A stretch of DNA of 64,000 bases from Clostridia bacterium (GCA_017504995.1 JAFVQC010000007.1:1846-65845), one strand, 5' to 3'. Positions 28,600-38,261 are shown, counted from the first letter of the stretch. The notes: a model not told the origin generated them from the sequence alone. Made by a program: numbers and translations.

Positions 28600-28690
28600 A
28601 ACACTTCGTGGTCCCCCTTCTCACACAGGAGAAGGCTTACGGTAAACGATGTCCTCACCGTTCGCCATTTGTTTACGGAAATTTGGTTGT
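28600..28690 (-). repeat. Modular composite repeat (modules 1-2-3, reverse orientation)
   Basis: Reverse complement reads AAATTTCCGTAAACAAATGGCGAACGG..GACATCGTTTACCGTAAGCCTTCTCCTGTGTGAGAAGGGGGACCACG. The module order matches 20976-21075. Confidence 0.75.
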
Positions 28691-28696
28691 TTTTTG

Positions 28697-28842
28697 CGGA
28701 CAGCCGAGGACGTCTGTCCCTACAAGTTGTATAAAAATTGTTTCTCTATATCTCGCCATAAAACAAAGCAAAATCCTTGCGGCTACGATAAAAACAATGA
28801 AATTTTCTCAATCCTGTAGGGACAGACGTCCTCGGCTGTCCG
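28697..28842. mobile_element. MITE-like element, copy 1 (146 bp; REP-type 27-bp terminal inverted repeats)
   Basis: CGGACAGCCGAGGACGTCTGTCCCTAC ... GTAGGGACAGACGTCCTCGGCTGTCCG. The ~92-bp core is conserved with 33965-34111 and, inverted, with 56642-56784. Confidence 0.8.
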
Positions 28843-28871
28843 TTCCCATTCATAAGAATCTTTCCTTTTTC

Positions 28872-28972
28872 GGCGCAAGACAAGCCCCCGCCCTACCGCA
28901 TGAAATATTATGTCGCCGTTTATTTGCGAAATTTCAATCGTTTTTCACGGGCGATTCTTGAATCGCCCCTAC
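28872..28972 (-). repeat. Two REP-like palindromes flanking module 1
   Basis: GGCGCAAGACAAGCCCCCGCCCTAC (28872-28896) and ACGGGCGATTCTTGAATCGCCCCTAC (28947-28972). GTCGCCGTTTATTTGCGAAATTTCAATCG lies between them. Confidence 0.8.
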
Positions 28973-29013
28973 CGTGATTGAGGGGAGCTCGACTTTTCGC
29001 ACACGATTATTCA

Positions 29014-29793
29014 TCATTCATGATTCATTTTCTCTCCGTATTCCACTCGGTCAAGGTAAAGACCGTGGGCGGGGACGGTGATGCCTGCGTTTTTTCTGTC
29101 CTTCGAGGCGGTGATACCGTCGATATCCTCGGGGGAAATCTTCCCTTCCGCCACGGCAACCAGCGTTCCCGTCAAAATCCTTACCATATTGTAGAGGAAT
29201 CCGTTGGCGGATACCCGAAATTCGATGATATCCCCCACTCGGCTAACCTCTGCGCGGTAGACGGTGCGAATCGTATCCGTTACCTTGGAATCCGCCGCCA
29301 TGTATGCCGCAAAATCATGCTCTCCCACGAAATGCTTTGCCGCTTCCTGCATTTGCAAGAGCGCGTCCTCGGTGATCGGTTTGGGATAATGCCACGCCCG
29401 ATCCGCCATAAAGGGATTGCGGGTAGGGGCGTTCCAGATCCGATAGACGTATTCCTTGAAGGCTACGTCGTATCTTGGGTGAAACGCCGACGGCACGACC
29501 TCGGCACGAAATACCCCGATATCCTCGGGCAGAAACCGTGAGATCGCCATGGGGATCCGATGGGTGGGGATCGTCGTCGTCAGCTCGTTTTTTCCCTTCT
29601 CCGACACGGCAACGCAAAAATGATTGGCATGCACGCCGCTGTCGGTTCGGCTACAGCCCACCACATCACAGTCCACGCCGAACAGGGCTTTCGCCGCCTC
29701 GTTCAGCTTTTGTTGAACCGTCACGCCATTGGGTTGAACCTGATAGCCGCAATAATTCGTTCCCACGAAGGAAAGATGCAACAAGATCTTCAT
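29014..29793 (-). CDS. truA: tRNA pseudouridine(38-40) synthase TruA
   Basis: FVGTNYCGYQVQP...GCSRTDSGVHANHF catalytic Asp motif. Confidence 0.95.
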   Translation of the reverse strand: MKILLHLSFVGTNYCGYQVQPNGVTVQQKLNEAAKALFGVDCDVVGCSRTDSGVHANHFCVAVSEKGKNELTTTIPTHRIPMAISRFLPEDIGVFRAEVVPSAFHPRYDVAFKEYVYRIWNAPTRNPFMADRAWHYPKPITEDALLQMQEAAKHFVGEHDFAAYMAADSKVTDTIRTVYRAEVSRVGDIIEFRVSANGFLYNMVRILTGTLVAVAEGKISPEDIDGITASKDRKNAGITVPAHGLYLDRVEYGEKMNHE

Positions 29794-29796
29794 GTC

Positions 29797-30618
29797 TTAC
29801 CTCATCGTATAACCGAAGCCGAGGATATTCAGCAGGATCAGCGACGCGCCAAGCAGAAGCACCAGCGCCAGCGGAATGAAATCGACGAACCGCAGGCGGC
29901 GGACCGTCATGCGAGTCCGTCCCTCTCCGCCGTGATAACACCGACATTCCATGGCGATCGCCAGATCCTCCGCCCGATTGAAGGCGGAAACCACAAGGGG
30001 AATCAGGATCGGGATCAACGCCTTGGCGCGCTTGACGAGGCTTCCCTCAGAGAAGTCCGCCCCTCTCGCCTTTTGCGCCGTCATGATCTTATCGGTCTCC
30101 TCCGTAAGGGTAGGAATGAATCGCAGAGCGATGGTCATCATCATGGCAAAGGAGTGGACGGGCACGTGAAGCTTCTTCAAGGGAGAGAGCAGATCCTCCA
30201 GCGCGTCGGTCAGGGCAATGGGAGTGGTGGTATAGGTCAAAAGCATTCCCGTGCCGATGATGAGGGTCGCGATGCGCACGAGAATGAAGGCGGCGGCGTA
30301 AAGCCCCTCCGCGTAGATCTTGATGAATCTCCACCCGAACAAAAGCGTCTCGCCCTTGGTCCAGAAAATATTCAAAAATGCCGTAAAGATCAAAATGATC
30401 AACACGGGGCGCAAGCCTCGCAGAATGACTTTTAGCGGGATCTTTCCCGCCGCGATCAGCAACAGTGCAGACGCAAGCAGCAAGGCGAAGCTGATGATAT
30501 TTTTGCACAAAAAGGAGCAAACGATATACAGCACCGTCAGGATCACCTTGATCCTCGGGTCCAGTCTGTGCAATATGGAATCGGCAGGATAATACTGCCC
30601 AAACGCAATACTTTTCAT
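29797..30618 (-). CDS. ecfT: ECF transporter transmembrane component EcfT
   Basis: 273 aa, CbiQ/EcfT-type TM protein (ALRFIPTL..., ARGADF). It follows the two EcfA genes. Confidence 0.9.
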   Translation of the reverse strand: MKSIAFGQYYPADSILHRLDPRIKVILTVLYIVCSFLCKNIISFALLLASALLLIAAGKIPLKVILRGLRPVLIILIFTAFLNIFWTKGETLLFGWRFIKIYAEGLYAAAFILVRIATLIIGTGMLLTYTTTPIALTDALEDLLSPLKKLHVPVHSFAMMMTIALRFIPTLTEETDKIMTAQKARGADFSEGSLVKRAKALIPILIPLVVSAFNRAEDLAIAMECRCYHGGEGRTRMTVRRLRFVDFIPLALVLLLGASLILLNILGFGYTMR

Positions 30619-30635
30619 GTCTTAACGCTCAACCA

Positions 30636-31487
30636 TTATCTTCCGTATAGTTTTAACATTTTTTCTACCGCTTGCTCCACGGTATAGATGCCGCCGTCGG
30701 TCTCGACACCCATCTCCTTCAAGCGAAGCATCAGGCGGGTGACCTGCGGAATATCCAGACCGATCTCCGACAGTCGCTCCGAACGGGAAAAGATATAATC
30801 CCGATCGCCCTGCATGACCACCTTGCCGCCATTCATGACCACCAGATTGTCGCAGTAGCGCGCCATATCCTCCATGCTGTGGCTGACGATGACCACCGTA
30901 CTACCCGTGCTTTCCTGATAGCGCACGATATTGGCAAAGATCTCGTCTCTGCCGCGGGGGTCAAGCCCTGCCGCAGGCTCGTCCAGCACCAGCACCTCGG
31001 GACGCATGGCAATGATCCCCGCGATCGCCGCCCGTCTCTTTTGTCCCCCCGAAAGATCGAAGGGAGATTTGTCAAGCAGGGCGCGGTCCAGTCCCGCAAA
31101 GGCGGCGGCTTCCTCCACCCGTACCCGTATTTCTTCTTCTCCAAGACCCATATTCCTCGGTCCGAAGGCGATATCCTTGGCAACGGTCTCCTCAAAGAGC
31201 TGATATTCGGGATACTGCATCACAAGCCCCACCCGAAAGCGAACCTGTCGAATGGTCTTGGGCTTCTCCCAGATATCCACGCCGTCAAGGAGCACCCTTC
31301 CCTCGTCGGGACGAAGCAGTCCGTTGAACATCTGCACAAGGGTGGATTTTCCCGATCCCGTGTGTCCGATCAGACCCGTGATCATTCCCCTCGGAATAAC
31401 CAGATCGATCCCGTCCAACGCCTTGATCTCGTAGGGCGTTCCCTTACCGTGGAAATAGCTCAGATTTTCCAGCTTCAATTCTGACAT
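30636..31487 (-). CDS. ecfA2: ECF transporter ATPase EcfA2
   Basis: GHTGSGKSTL, LSGGQKRR, LVLDEP; second ATPase of the ecfA1-ecfA2-ecfT module. Confidence 0.9.
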   Translation of the reverse strand: MSELKLENLSYFHGKGTPYEIKALDGIDLVIPRGMITGLIGHTGSGKSTLVQMFNGLLRPDEGRVLLDGVDIWEKPKTIRQVRFRVGLVMQYPEYQLFEETVAKDIAFGPRNMGLGEEEIRVRVEEAAAFAGLDRALLDKSPFDLSGGQKRRAAIAGIIAMRPEVLVLDEPAAGLDPRGRDEIFANIVRYQESTGSTVVIVSHSMEDMARYCDNLVVMNGGKVVMQGDRDYIFSRSERLSEIGLDIPQVTRLMLRLKEMGVETDGGIYTVEQAVEKMLKLYGR

Positions 31488-31489
31488 AA

Positions 31490-32356
31490 TTACCGTTCCT
31501 TATTTAGCGACTTCATAATCAATTCGGCGCACTGCTCGGGAAATACGCACGCCCCGTCCAAGGGGATTCCCGCTTCTCGCAAGCGGTGAACAAGCTCGGT
31601 GCATTGGGGAACGGCAAGACCGCAGGAGCGCAGAAGCGCCTCCTCCTCAAAGACCGCCTCGGGCGAGCCGTCCAAAAGCACCCGTCCGTCGTTGAGAACG
31701 ATGATGCGGTCAGCCAGCGCCGCCTCCTCCATATAGTGGGTGATCATGATCACCGTAATTCCCTTTTCCCGATTGAGGCGCACCACCGCGTCCATCACCT
31801 CTTTACGCCCCACGGGGTCAAGCATGGCGGTGGATTCGTCAAAGATGATACAGTCGGGCAGCATGGCGAGAATCCCCGCGATGGCGACCCTCTGCTTCTG
31901 TCCCCCCGACAGGCGGTGAGGCTCATGAGTGGCGTAGTCCGACATACCCAGCTCGGATAGCGCCTCGTCCACTCGACGGCGGATCTCCTTCGAGGGAACG
32001 CCGAGGTTTTCGGGTCCGAACGCCACATCGTCCTCCACGATGGTTGCTACCAACTGATTATCGGGGTTCTGGAACACCATGCCCATCCTTTTCCGAAGGG
32101 CAAGCACTTCCTCGTCGGTCATATTCTCGTCGGTGATATCCTTCCCCATGACGAACACCTTCCCCCCCGTGGGGGTCAGGATCATATTCAACAGCTTCGC
32201 AAAGGTGGATTTTCCCGAACCGTTGTGTCCGAGCACCGCCACGAATTCTCCCTTTCCGATGGTGACCGAAAGGTCACGCAATACGCGAGGCTCTGCCGCG
32301 TCGGCGCTTTCGTACCGATAGGAAAGCTCCCGTGTTTCAACAAAAGGCTCTTTCAT
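31490..32356 (-). CDS. ecfA1: ECF transporter ATPase EcfA1
   Basis: GHNGSGKST, LSGGQKQR, IIFDEST; first ATPase of the module. Confidence 0.9.
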   Translation of the reverse strand: MKEPFVETRELSYRYESADAAEPRVLRDLSVTIGKGEFVAVLGHNGSGKSTFAKLLNMILTPTGGKVFVMGKDITDENMTDEEVLALRKRMGMVFQNPDNQLVATIVEDDVAFGPENLGVPSKEIRRRVDEALSELGMSDYATHEPHRLSGGQKQRVAIAGILAMLPDCIIFDESTAMLDPVGRKEVMDAVVRLNREKGITVIMITHYMEEAALADRIIVLNDGRVLLDGSPEAVFEEEALLRSCGLAVPQCTELVHRLREAGIPLDGACVFPEQCAELIMKSLNKER

Positions 32357-32380
32357 ATTCTTCCTTTTCCGTTTTCGTTT

Positions 32381-33244
32381 TTAGTCAAGATACCAACGGG
32401 CGCTTGCGCCGCAGGGGACGGACAGTCCCGTTGCGGTAACGGGCAAGCCAAGCTCTCCCGACTCAAGGTGTCCTCCGTAGGTCGCGGCGACCTTCAAGCC
32501 AAGGATATACTGCATTGCCATGGGAGACAGTCCCGTGGTATAGGAATTGATCAAGAAAAACAAGGGCTTATCCGACAAGAGACGGGCGCAAAGGCTCACC
32601 AGCTCGTCCACGCTGTCCTCGATCTTCCAAATTTCTCCCGAAGGTCCTCTGCCGTAGGAGGGAGGATCCATGATCACGGCATCGTATCGATTGCCCCGAC
32701 GCAGCTCCCGTTCCACGAATTTTTTACAGTCGTCCACGATATATCGAATGGGCGCGTCCGAAAGCCCCGACAGCGCCGCGTTCTCCTTTGCCTGCGCCAC
32801 CATGCCCTTCGATGCGTCCACGTGAACCACCGACGCGCCTGCCGCCGCCGCGGCTACCGTCGCGCCGCCCGTATAGGCAAAGAGGTTGAGCACCTTGATG
32901 GGTCGCCCCGCCCCCGCGATACGCTCCGAGAACCAATCCCAGTTTGCCGCCTGCTCGGGAAAAAGACCCGTGTGCTTAAAGCCCATGGGCTTGAGGACGA
33001 ACCGCAGCTTACCGTAGCCGATGGTCCAATGCTCGGGCAGATCATTTTTGATCCAGCCTCCGCCGCCCTTGGACGAACGCTTATAGATGCCGTCCGCCGT
33101 CTCCCACGAACGCCTTTTCGCGCTTCCCTTCCAGATGATCTGGGGGTCGGGACGTCTGAGAATATATTCTCCCCAACGCTCCAGCCGTTCCCCGTCCGAA
33201 GCGTCCAGCAATTCATAATCCTTCCATTGATCCGCAATCCACAT
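32381..33244 (-). CDS. Class I SAM-dependent methyltransferase (RlmI/RlmK-like rRNA methyltransferase)
   Basis: VLNLFAYTGGATVAAAAAGA (SAM motif I) and ...DAVIMDPPSY (motif IV). Confidence 0.75.
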   Translation of the reverse strand: MWIADQWKDYELLDASDGERLERWGEYILRRPDPQIIWKGSAKRRSWETADGIYKRSSKGGGGWIKNDLPEHWTIGYGKLRFVLKPMGFKHTGLFPEQAANWDWFSERIAGAGRPIKVLNLFAYTGGATVAAAAAGASVVHVDASKGMVAQAKENAALSGLSDAPIRYIVDDCKKFVERELRRGNRYDAVIMDPPSYGRGPSGEIWKIEDSVDELVSLCARLLSDKPLFFLINSYTTGLSPMAMQYILGLKVAATYGGHLESGELGLPVTATGLSVPCGASARWYLD

Positions 33245-33265
33245 GGTAATCCACCTTTAATCGTC

Positions 33266-33766
33266 TTATTTTTGGTTATAGTAGCTCGCCAGTCTCGACG
33301 TACCCGAATGGGCGTGACAGACCGCGATCGCCAGCGCGTCCGCCGTATCGTCGGGCTTTGGGGGCTTCGGGAGTCCCAAGAACATGGTCACCATGGTAAT
33401 GACCTGCTTTTTCTCTGCCCGTCCGTAGCCCACCACCGCCTGCTTGACCTGAAGGGGGGTATATTCAAAGACCTGAAGTCCCATGCGGTGCGCGCACATA
33501 ATGATCACCCCACGCGCCTCCGCCACGCGGATGCCCGTTGTTTGGTTGGTGTTGAAAAACAGCTCCTCCACCGCGATATGCTCGGGGCGGTAGGTTTCGA
33601 TCAATTGTTTGATCCCGTCGTAGATCAAGGACAGCCTCTCCTCGGTTCTCATGCCCGCGGGAGTCTCGATCGCCCCATAGCCCAAGGTACGAAAATGAGA
33701 TCCGCTATAATCCACCACACCCCAGCCGACGATTGCCAATCCGGGGTCAATTCCAAGTATGATCAT
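33266..33766 (-). CDS. ruvC: Crossover junction endodeoxyribonuclease RuvC
   Basis: 166 aa from ATG 33766 (AAGGAGAG RBS). MIILGIDPG...AVEELFF...EYTPLQVKQAVVGYGRAEKKQV...DTADALAIA. Confidence 0.9.
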   Translation of the reverse strand: MIILGIDPGLAIVGWGVVDYSGSHFRTLGYGAIETPAGMRTEERLSLIYDGIKQLIETYRPEHIAVEELFFNTNQTTGIRVAEARGVIIMCAHRMGLQVFEYTPLQVKQAVVGYGRAEKKQVITMVTMFLGLPKPPKPDDTADALAIAVCHAHSGTSRLASYYNQK

Positions 33767-33871
33767 TTCCCTCTCCTTAAAATATCTCAAATTACATTAT
33801 ATCACATTTCCACCGTGAAGTCAAACACATTTTTCGATTTTATAAAATTTTGATTATATTTTAATTATATA

Positions 33872-33900
33872 TTTACAAAATATTGATTTTGTGGTAAAAT
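33872..33900 (+). promoter_or_regulatory. SigA-type promoter (extended -10) for the DUF951-yfhO operon
   Basis: TTTACA (33872-33877), 17-nt spacer, TGgTAAAAT (33892-33900). Confidence 0.55.
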
Positions 33901-33964
33901 AAATATAATTATAATCAATAGCTTTGTTGAAAATGAGCCGTTTGTTTGCGATTGTCGGTAATTT

Positions 33965-34111
33965 TGGACCGTCGAGGACGCCGGTCCCTACAAGTTTTAA
34001 GAAATTTGTTTCTCTATCTCCCGCCATAAAACAAAACGAAATCCTTACGGCTACAATAAAAGCAATGAAATTCTCTCAATCCCTGTAGGGACCGGCGTCC
34101 TCGACGGTCCA
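33965..34111. mobile_element. MITE-like element, copy 2 (147 bp), in the 5' UTR of the DUF951-yfhO operon
   Basis: TGGACCGTCGAGGACGCCGGTCCCTAC ... GTAGGGACCGGCGTCCTCGACGGTCCA, with a conserved core (GTTTCTCTATCTCCCGCCATAAAACAAAACGAAATCCTTACGGCTACAATAAAAGCAATGAAATTCTCTCAATCC). Confidence 0.8.
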
Positions 34112-34154
34112 TTTTGATTGATTCATCATTCATTTCATTTTTTCTGGTGGTTTT

Positions 34155-34370
34155 ATGGAAATTATCAAGTACAAATTAAACGATATCGTCGAATTAAAAA
34201 AGCCGCATCCCTGCGGCAACAAGCAATTCAAAATTTTACGCGTGGGAAGCGAGATGCGGATCCTCTGCACCGAATGCGGACGGGATCTGGTGATCGACCG
34301 TGTAAAGCTCGAAAAGGCAACCAAAAAGATCTATCCCGCCATTTCCGAGGAAGGAGCGTCAGAAGCATGA
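34155..34370 (+). CDS. DUF951 family small protein
   Basis: 71 aa. DIVELKKPHPCGNKQFKILRVGSEMRILCTECGRDLVIDR, a typical DUF951 zinc-ribbon-like pattern. Confidence 0.8.
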   Translation: MEIIKYKLNDIVELKKPHPCGNKQFKILRVGSEMRILCTECGRDLVIDRVKLEKATKKIYPAISEEGASEA

Positions 34371-37288
34371 GCAACGAACCAATGACAAACTCAAAAAAAA
34401 TCAATTTTGACCGTCTTCGCGCGGCTCTGCTTCGTGTGCAGGAAAGGATCGCGACCTCGCCCTCCTCTTACCTCGCCTACTGCTTTCTCGTGCCCATGGC
34501 GATCATGTTTCTCATCTATTTTGCCATGGAGCTTCACCCCTTTGGCGACGGTTCGGTGCTGGTTCTCGACCTGAATGGTCAGTACGTCTATTTCTTTGAG
34601 GCGTTGCGCAACACGGTCTGGGGCGAGGGCAGTCTGCTTTACTCCTTCTTCCGCGCCCTTGGCGGAGAATTCATGGGAATGTACGCCTACTATCTGGCAA
34701 GTCCGCTGTCCTATATCGTAGCAATCTTTCCGCAGGATCGGATTCTGGAAGCGCTCCTTACCATCATTCTCCTGAAGGTGGGGCTTTGCGGCTTCAGCTT
34801 CGGCTTCTATCTGCACAAAAGCGCTGCCCACCCGAACAAGGTCGTCTCGGTGGCGTTTTCCGTCATGTACGCCCTTTGCGCCTACGCCGTGGTCCACCAA
34901 AACAACATCATGTGGATCGACGCCCTGATCTGGCTGCCCCTTCTGACCTTGGGGATTGAGCAGCTGATCCTCAATCGGCGCTACAAGCTCTTCGTCGTCT
35001 CCCTTGCCATGACCATCATGAGCAACTACTACATCGGCTACATGGTCTGCATTTATACGGTTCTGTATTTCTTCTACTACTATTTCGCCCACTCGAAGGA
35101 CGAGCTGAATCCCCGTGGAGAAAAGCTCTATTTCGTCCGTACCGCCACCCGCTTCGGCTTCTTCGCCCTTTTGGCGGCGGCGATCTCCGCCTTCGTGATC
35201 CTTGGCGCGTACTATTCCCTGACCTTCGGAAAAAACGACTTCTCCAACCCAAGCTGGGCATTGGAGCCGAAGTTCCAATTTCTTGACTTTTTCACGAAAT
35301 TTCTCCCCGGCTCTTACGATACGGTACGCCCCGAGGGTCTGCCCTTCGTCTATTGCGGCGTTCTCCCTCTCATGCTCGTACCCGTCTATTTCCTGTCGAG
35401 AAAAATCAACACGAGAGAAAAGGTCGCCTCGCTCTTGCTGATTTGCGTCTTTATTCTCAGCTTTATCGTCAATCCCCTCGATCTGATCTGGCACGGCTTC
35501 CAGACTCCCAACTGGCTCAACTACCGTTACAGCTTTATGCTCTGCTTCTTCTTACTCACCCTTGCCTACAAGGGCATGGGCAATCTCCGCGCCGTGGGAG
35601 AGCGATTCCTTTTTGGCATCACGGCGCTGATCGTGCTGTTCGTCACGGTTTGCGACAAGCTGGAATTTGAAACTTACGTGGAAAGCAACAAAAAGCTTCT
35701 GACTCTCGAGACGGTCTGGCTGACCATTCTTGCCACGGTGGCGCTTTTCACCGTCCTTTGTATGCTGATCCGCCAAAAGCACCCCCGCAAACGAGAGGGG
35801 CTGGCGGGCATTCTCGCCGCGGTGGTGTGCTTGGAGATCTTTTGCAGCGGTCTTGCCTGCGTGGTACAGTTTGACAACGACGTGGTATACTCGTCCTACA
35901 GCGGCTACAACAACTTCATCGGCGATCTCCGCCCCATCACCGAGCGCGTCAAGGAGCAGGACGACGGCTTTTACCGCATGGAAAAGCTGGTCCACCGCAA
36001 GTTCAACGACAACATGGCGCTGGCGATGCGCGGTCTTTCCAACTCCACCTCGACCCTGAACTCCGATACCATTACCTTTTTACACTACATGGGCTACGCC
36101 TCCCGTTCCCATCTGTCTCAGTACCTCGGCGGAAATCCCGTCAACGATTCTCTGCTCGGCATCAAATATCTGATCGACAAGAAGGAGTCCGACAAGCTGA
36201 CTCACACCTACGAGGAGCTTCTCTCCGACGAGAACTACGCGGCGTACAAGAATCCTTACGCCCTTTCGGTCGCCTACGGTGTGGACGGACAGATCAAAGA
36301 CTTTGACATGACCGATTACGGTTCTTCCTTTGAACGCATGAACGCCATGGTAAGCGCGATGCTCGGAGAGGACAGCCCCACAGAGCTGTTCCGTCCCGTC
36401 ACTGACTATGACACCGCCATTTCCCAATATTGCGCCAAGAGAACCATGGGAACGCAAACCACCTATTCCATCGCTATGGATGGTGGGGAGGCAACCATCA
36501 CCTATACCTTCGTCGCTCCCACCGACGCGGAATATTACTTCTTCCCCTTCAACCGCACGCGAAACGAGGCAAGGCTTTCGGTGAACGACGAGGTTCTGTT
36601 CAACTACTACCTTGGAAGCAACAACACCCATCTTGCTCCCATCGGTCACTTCTCGGAAGGAGAGACGGTCACCGTTACTCTGACGCTTTTGGAGGAGGAC
36701 GTGACACTGTATAATTATTTCGACTATATCTGGTATCTCGACGATTCCACCTTCCAAGATGCTTTCGCGCGCTTGCGGAGCAATCCTCAATTTGTGGTGG
36801 AGCAAACCACGGAGGACCGTCTGACGGGACGGATCGAGACGACCAAGGACGGACAGATGATCCAGACCACCATTCCCTACGACAAGGGCTGGAAGGTATT
36901 CGTGGACGGCGTGGAGATCGAAACCTACGAAACGATGAACGCCTTGCTTGCGTTTGATATCGAGGGGGCGGGAGCGCATTCCTTGGAGCTTCGGTATTTC
37001 CCCACGGTATACCGTCTTGGTTTGATCCTTTCGATTAGCGGAATCCTCACGTTTGCGGTGATCTGTCTTGGCGAATGGGCGATCCGTCGGAAATTGCGTA
37101 AAAATCGCCCTGAGAAAGAACCGATCTCCCTGCCTTGGACTCTTTCGGATTTCGACGAGGACTTCCGCGCAATGGAGGCGCTTCCCGAAAGCGAGCCGAA
37201 GAAAGCCACGACCGTCAAGGATCTGCTCTCATTCTTCAAAAAGAAGGATAAAACGGACAAGGACGACGAAACGAAAAACGAAAAATGA
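34367..37288 (+). CDS. yfhO: YfhO family membrane protein (GT-C type glycosyltransferase)
   Basis: 973 aa from ATG 34367, overlapping the DUF951 stop (ATGA), with RBS GAGGAAGGAG. MSNEPMTNSKKINF..., multiple TM helices, large C-terminal extracytoplasmic domain. The track start 34118 is an artefactual extension. Confidence 0.85.
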   Translation: MSNEPMTNSKKINFDRLRAALLRVQERIATSPSSYLAYCFLVPMAIMFLIYFAMELHPFGDGSVLVLDLNGQYVYFFEALRNTVWGEGSLLYSFFRALGGEFMGMYAYYLASPLSYIVAIFPQDRILEALLTIILLKVGLCGFSFGFYLHKSAAHPNKVVSVAFSVMYALCAYAVVHQNNIMWIDALIWLPLLTLGIEQLILNRRYKLFVVSLAMTIMSNYYIGYMVCIYTVLYFFYYYFAHSKDELNPRGEKLYFVRTATRFGFFALLAAAISAFVILGAYYSLTFGKNDFSNPSWALEPKFQFLDFFTKFLPGSYDTVRPEGLPFVYCGVLPLMLVPVYFLSRKINTREKVASLLLICVFILSFIVNPLDLIWHGFQTPNWLNYRYSFMLCFFLLTLAYKGMGNLRAVGERFLFGITALIVLFVTVCDKLEFETYVESNKKLLTLETVWLTILATVALFTVLCMLIRQKHPRKREGLAGILAAVVCLEIFCSGLACVVQFDNDVVYSSYSGYNNFIGDLRPITERVKEQDDGFYRMEKLVHRKFNDNMALAMRGLSNSTSTLNSDTITFLHYMGYASRSHLSQYLGGNPVNDSLLGIKYLIDKKESDKLTHTYEELLSDENYAAYKNPYALSVAYGVDGQIKDFDMTDYGSSFERMNAMVSAMLGEDSPTELFRPVTDYDTAISQYCAKRTMGTQTTYSIAMDGGEATITYTFVAPTDAEYYFFPFNRTRNEARLSVNDEVLFNYYLGSNNTHLAPIGHFSEGETVTVTLTLLEEDVTLYNYFDYIWYLDDSTFQDAFARLRSNPQFVVEQTTEDRLTGRIETTKDGQMIQTTIPYDKGWKVFVDGVEIETYETMNALLAFDIEGAGAHSLELRYFPTVYRLGLILSISGILTFAVICLGEWAIRRKLRKNRPEKEPISLPWTLSDFDEDFRAMEALPESEPKKATTVKDLLSFFKKKDKTDKDDETKNEK

Positions 37289-37324
37289 TATCGATCCGCA
37301 GGATAAATCAAACTTTTTGATTCC

Positions 37325-37348
37325 GTAGGGCGGGGGCTTGCTCCCGCC
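37325..37348 (+). repeat. REP-like palindrome (variant c)
   Basis: GTAGGGCGGGGGCTTGCTCCCGCC. Confidence 0.8.
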
Positions 37349-37410
37349 GAAAGGAAAGAGCCTTGCGAATGAGAACGGACCGCCAAATTTCCGCAATCAA
37401 TCGGCGAGCA

Positions 37411-37541
37411 ACCAAAGCCTTCCCCTGTGGGGAAGGGGGACCGCTTGCGGTGGATGAGGAGATCGCCGCTTGTTGCAATCTATGCCGATCTCCTCATCTG
37501 TCGGCTTCGCCGCCACCTTCCCCACAGGGGAAGGCTTTGGT
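37411..37541. repeat. 131-bp nested inverted repeat (long composite hairpin) upstream of ruvA
   Basis: Outer arms are ACCAAAGCCTTCCCCTGTGGGGAAGG (37411-37436) and CCTTCCCCACAGGGGAAGGCTTTGGT (37516-37541). Inner perfect arms are GATGAGGAGATCG (37453-37465) and CGATCTCCTCATC (37486-37498). Confidence 0.85.
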
Positions 37542-37626
37542 TACAGGCGAACAGAAAAACACTTCCAACCGTGGGTGGCGTGTATGCCCCCGAAATTCAA
37601 CACGAAGCACAACAAGGAGAATCCTG

Positions 37627-38247
37627 ATGTTTTACTATATCAACGGGCGGCTTGCCCTGCTGGACGGCGGATGCGCTGTCGTAGACGCAGGGGGAGTCGG
37701 CTACAAATTGACCATTTCCGGCACCACCTTCGCCGCGCTGTCTGCCGAGCAAAAGGAAACGGTGAAGCTCTATTCTTATATGGCGGTACGGGAGGACGGC
37801 GTGGAGCTGTTCGGCTTTTACAGCACCGAGGAGCTGGATGCCTTTAAGCTCCTGATTACCGTCTCGGGTGTGGGACCGAAGGCAGCGCTGTCGATCCTCT
37901 CCCAGCTCACCCCAAGAAAGCTGACCGCCGCCATCTGCTCCGAGGACAGAAAAGCGATCTCCCAAGCCAACGGCATCGGGCCGAAAACGGCGGCAAGAAT
38001 CATTCTCGAACTAAAGGACAAGCTCAAAGCCTGCGGCGTATCGGAGAGCCTCGAAGGCGGTTCTCTTTCCAATTTCGATACGGCAACAAGCGCCCCCGCA
38101 TCGGGCAAGCTGTCCGACGCGCAGGACGCCCTGATGGCGCTGGGCTATTCTCGGAATGAGGCGCAAGCCGTCCTTCGCACCATCGACGTGGGAACGCTTG
38201 AGCTGGATGAGATCATTCGTCTGGCTCTGAAAAAGATCATGAAATAA
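37627..38247 (+). CDS. ruvA: Holliday junction branch migration complex subunit RuvA
   Basis: 206 aa from ATG 37627 (AAGGAGAA RBS). MFYYINGRL...GVGYKL..., HhH motifs ([19 protein letters not shown]). Confidence 0.9.
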   Translation: MFYYINGRLALLDGGCAVVDAGGVGYKLTISGTTFAALSAEQKETVKLYSYMAVREDGVELFGFYSTEELDAFKLLITVSGVGPKAALSILSQLTPRKLTAAICSEDRKAISQANGIGPKTAARIILELKDKLKACGVSESLEGGSLSNFDTATSAPASGKLSDAQDALMALGYSRNEAQAVLRTIDVGTLELDEIIRLALKKIMK

Positions 38248-38261
38248 GGAGGACGAGCCAC

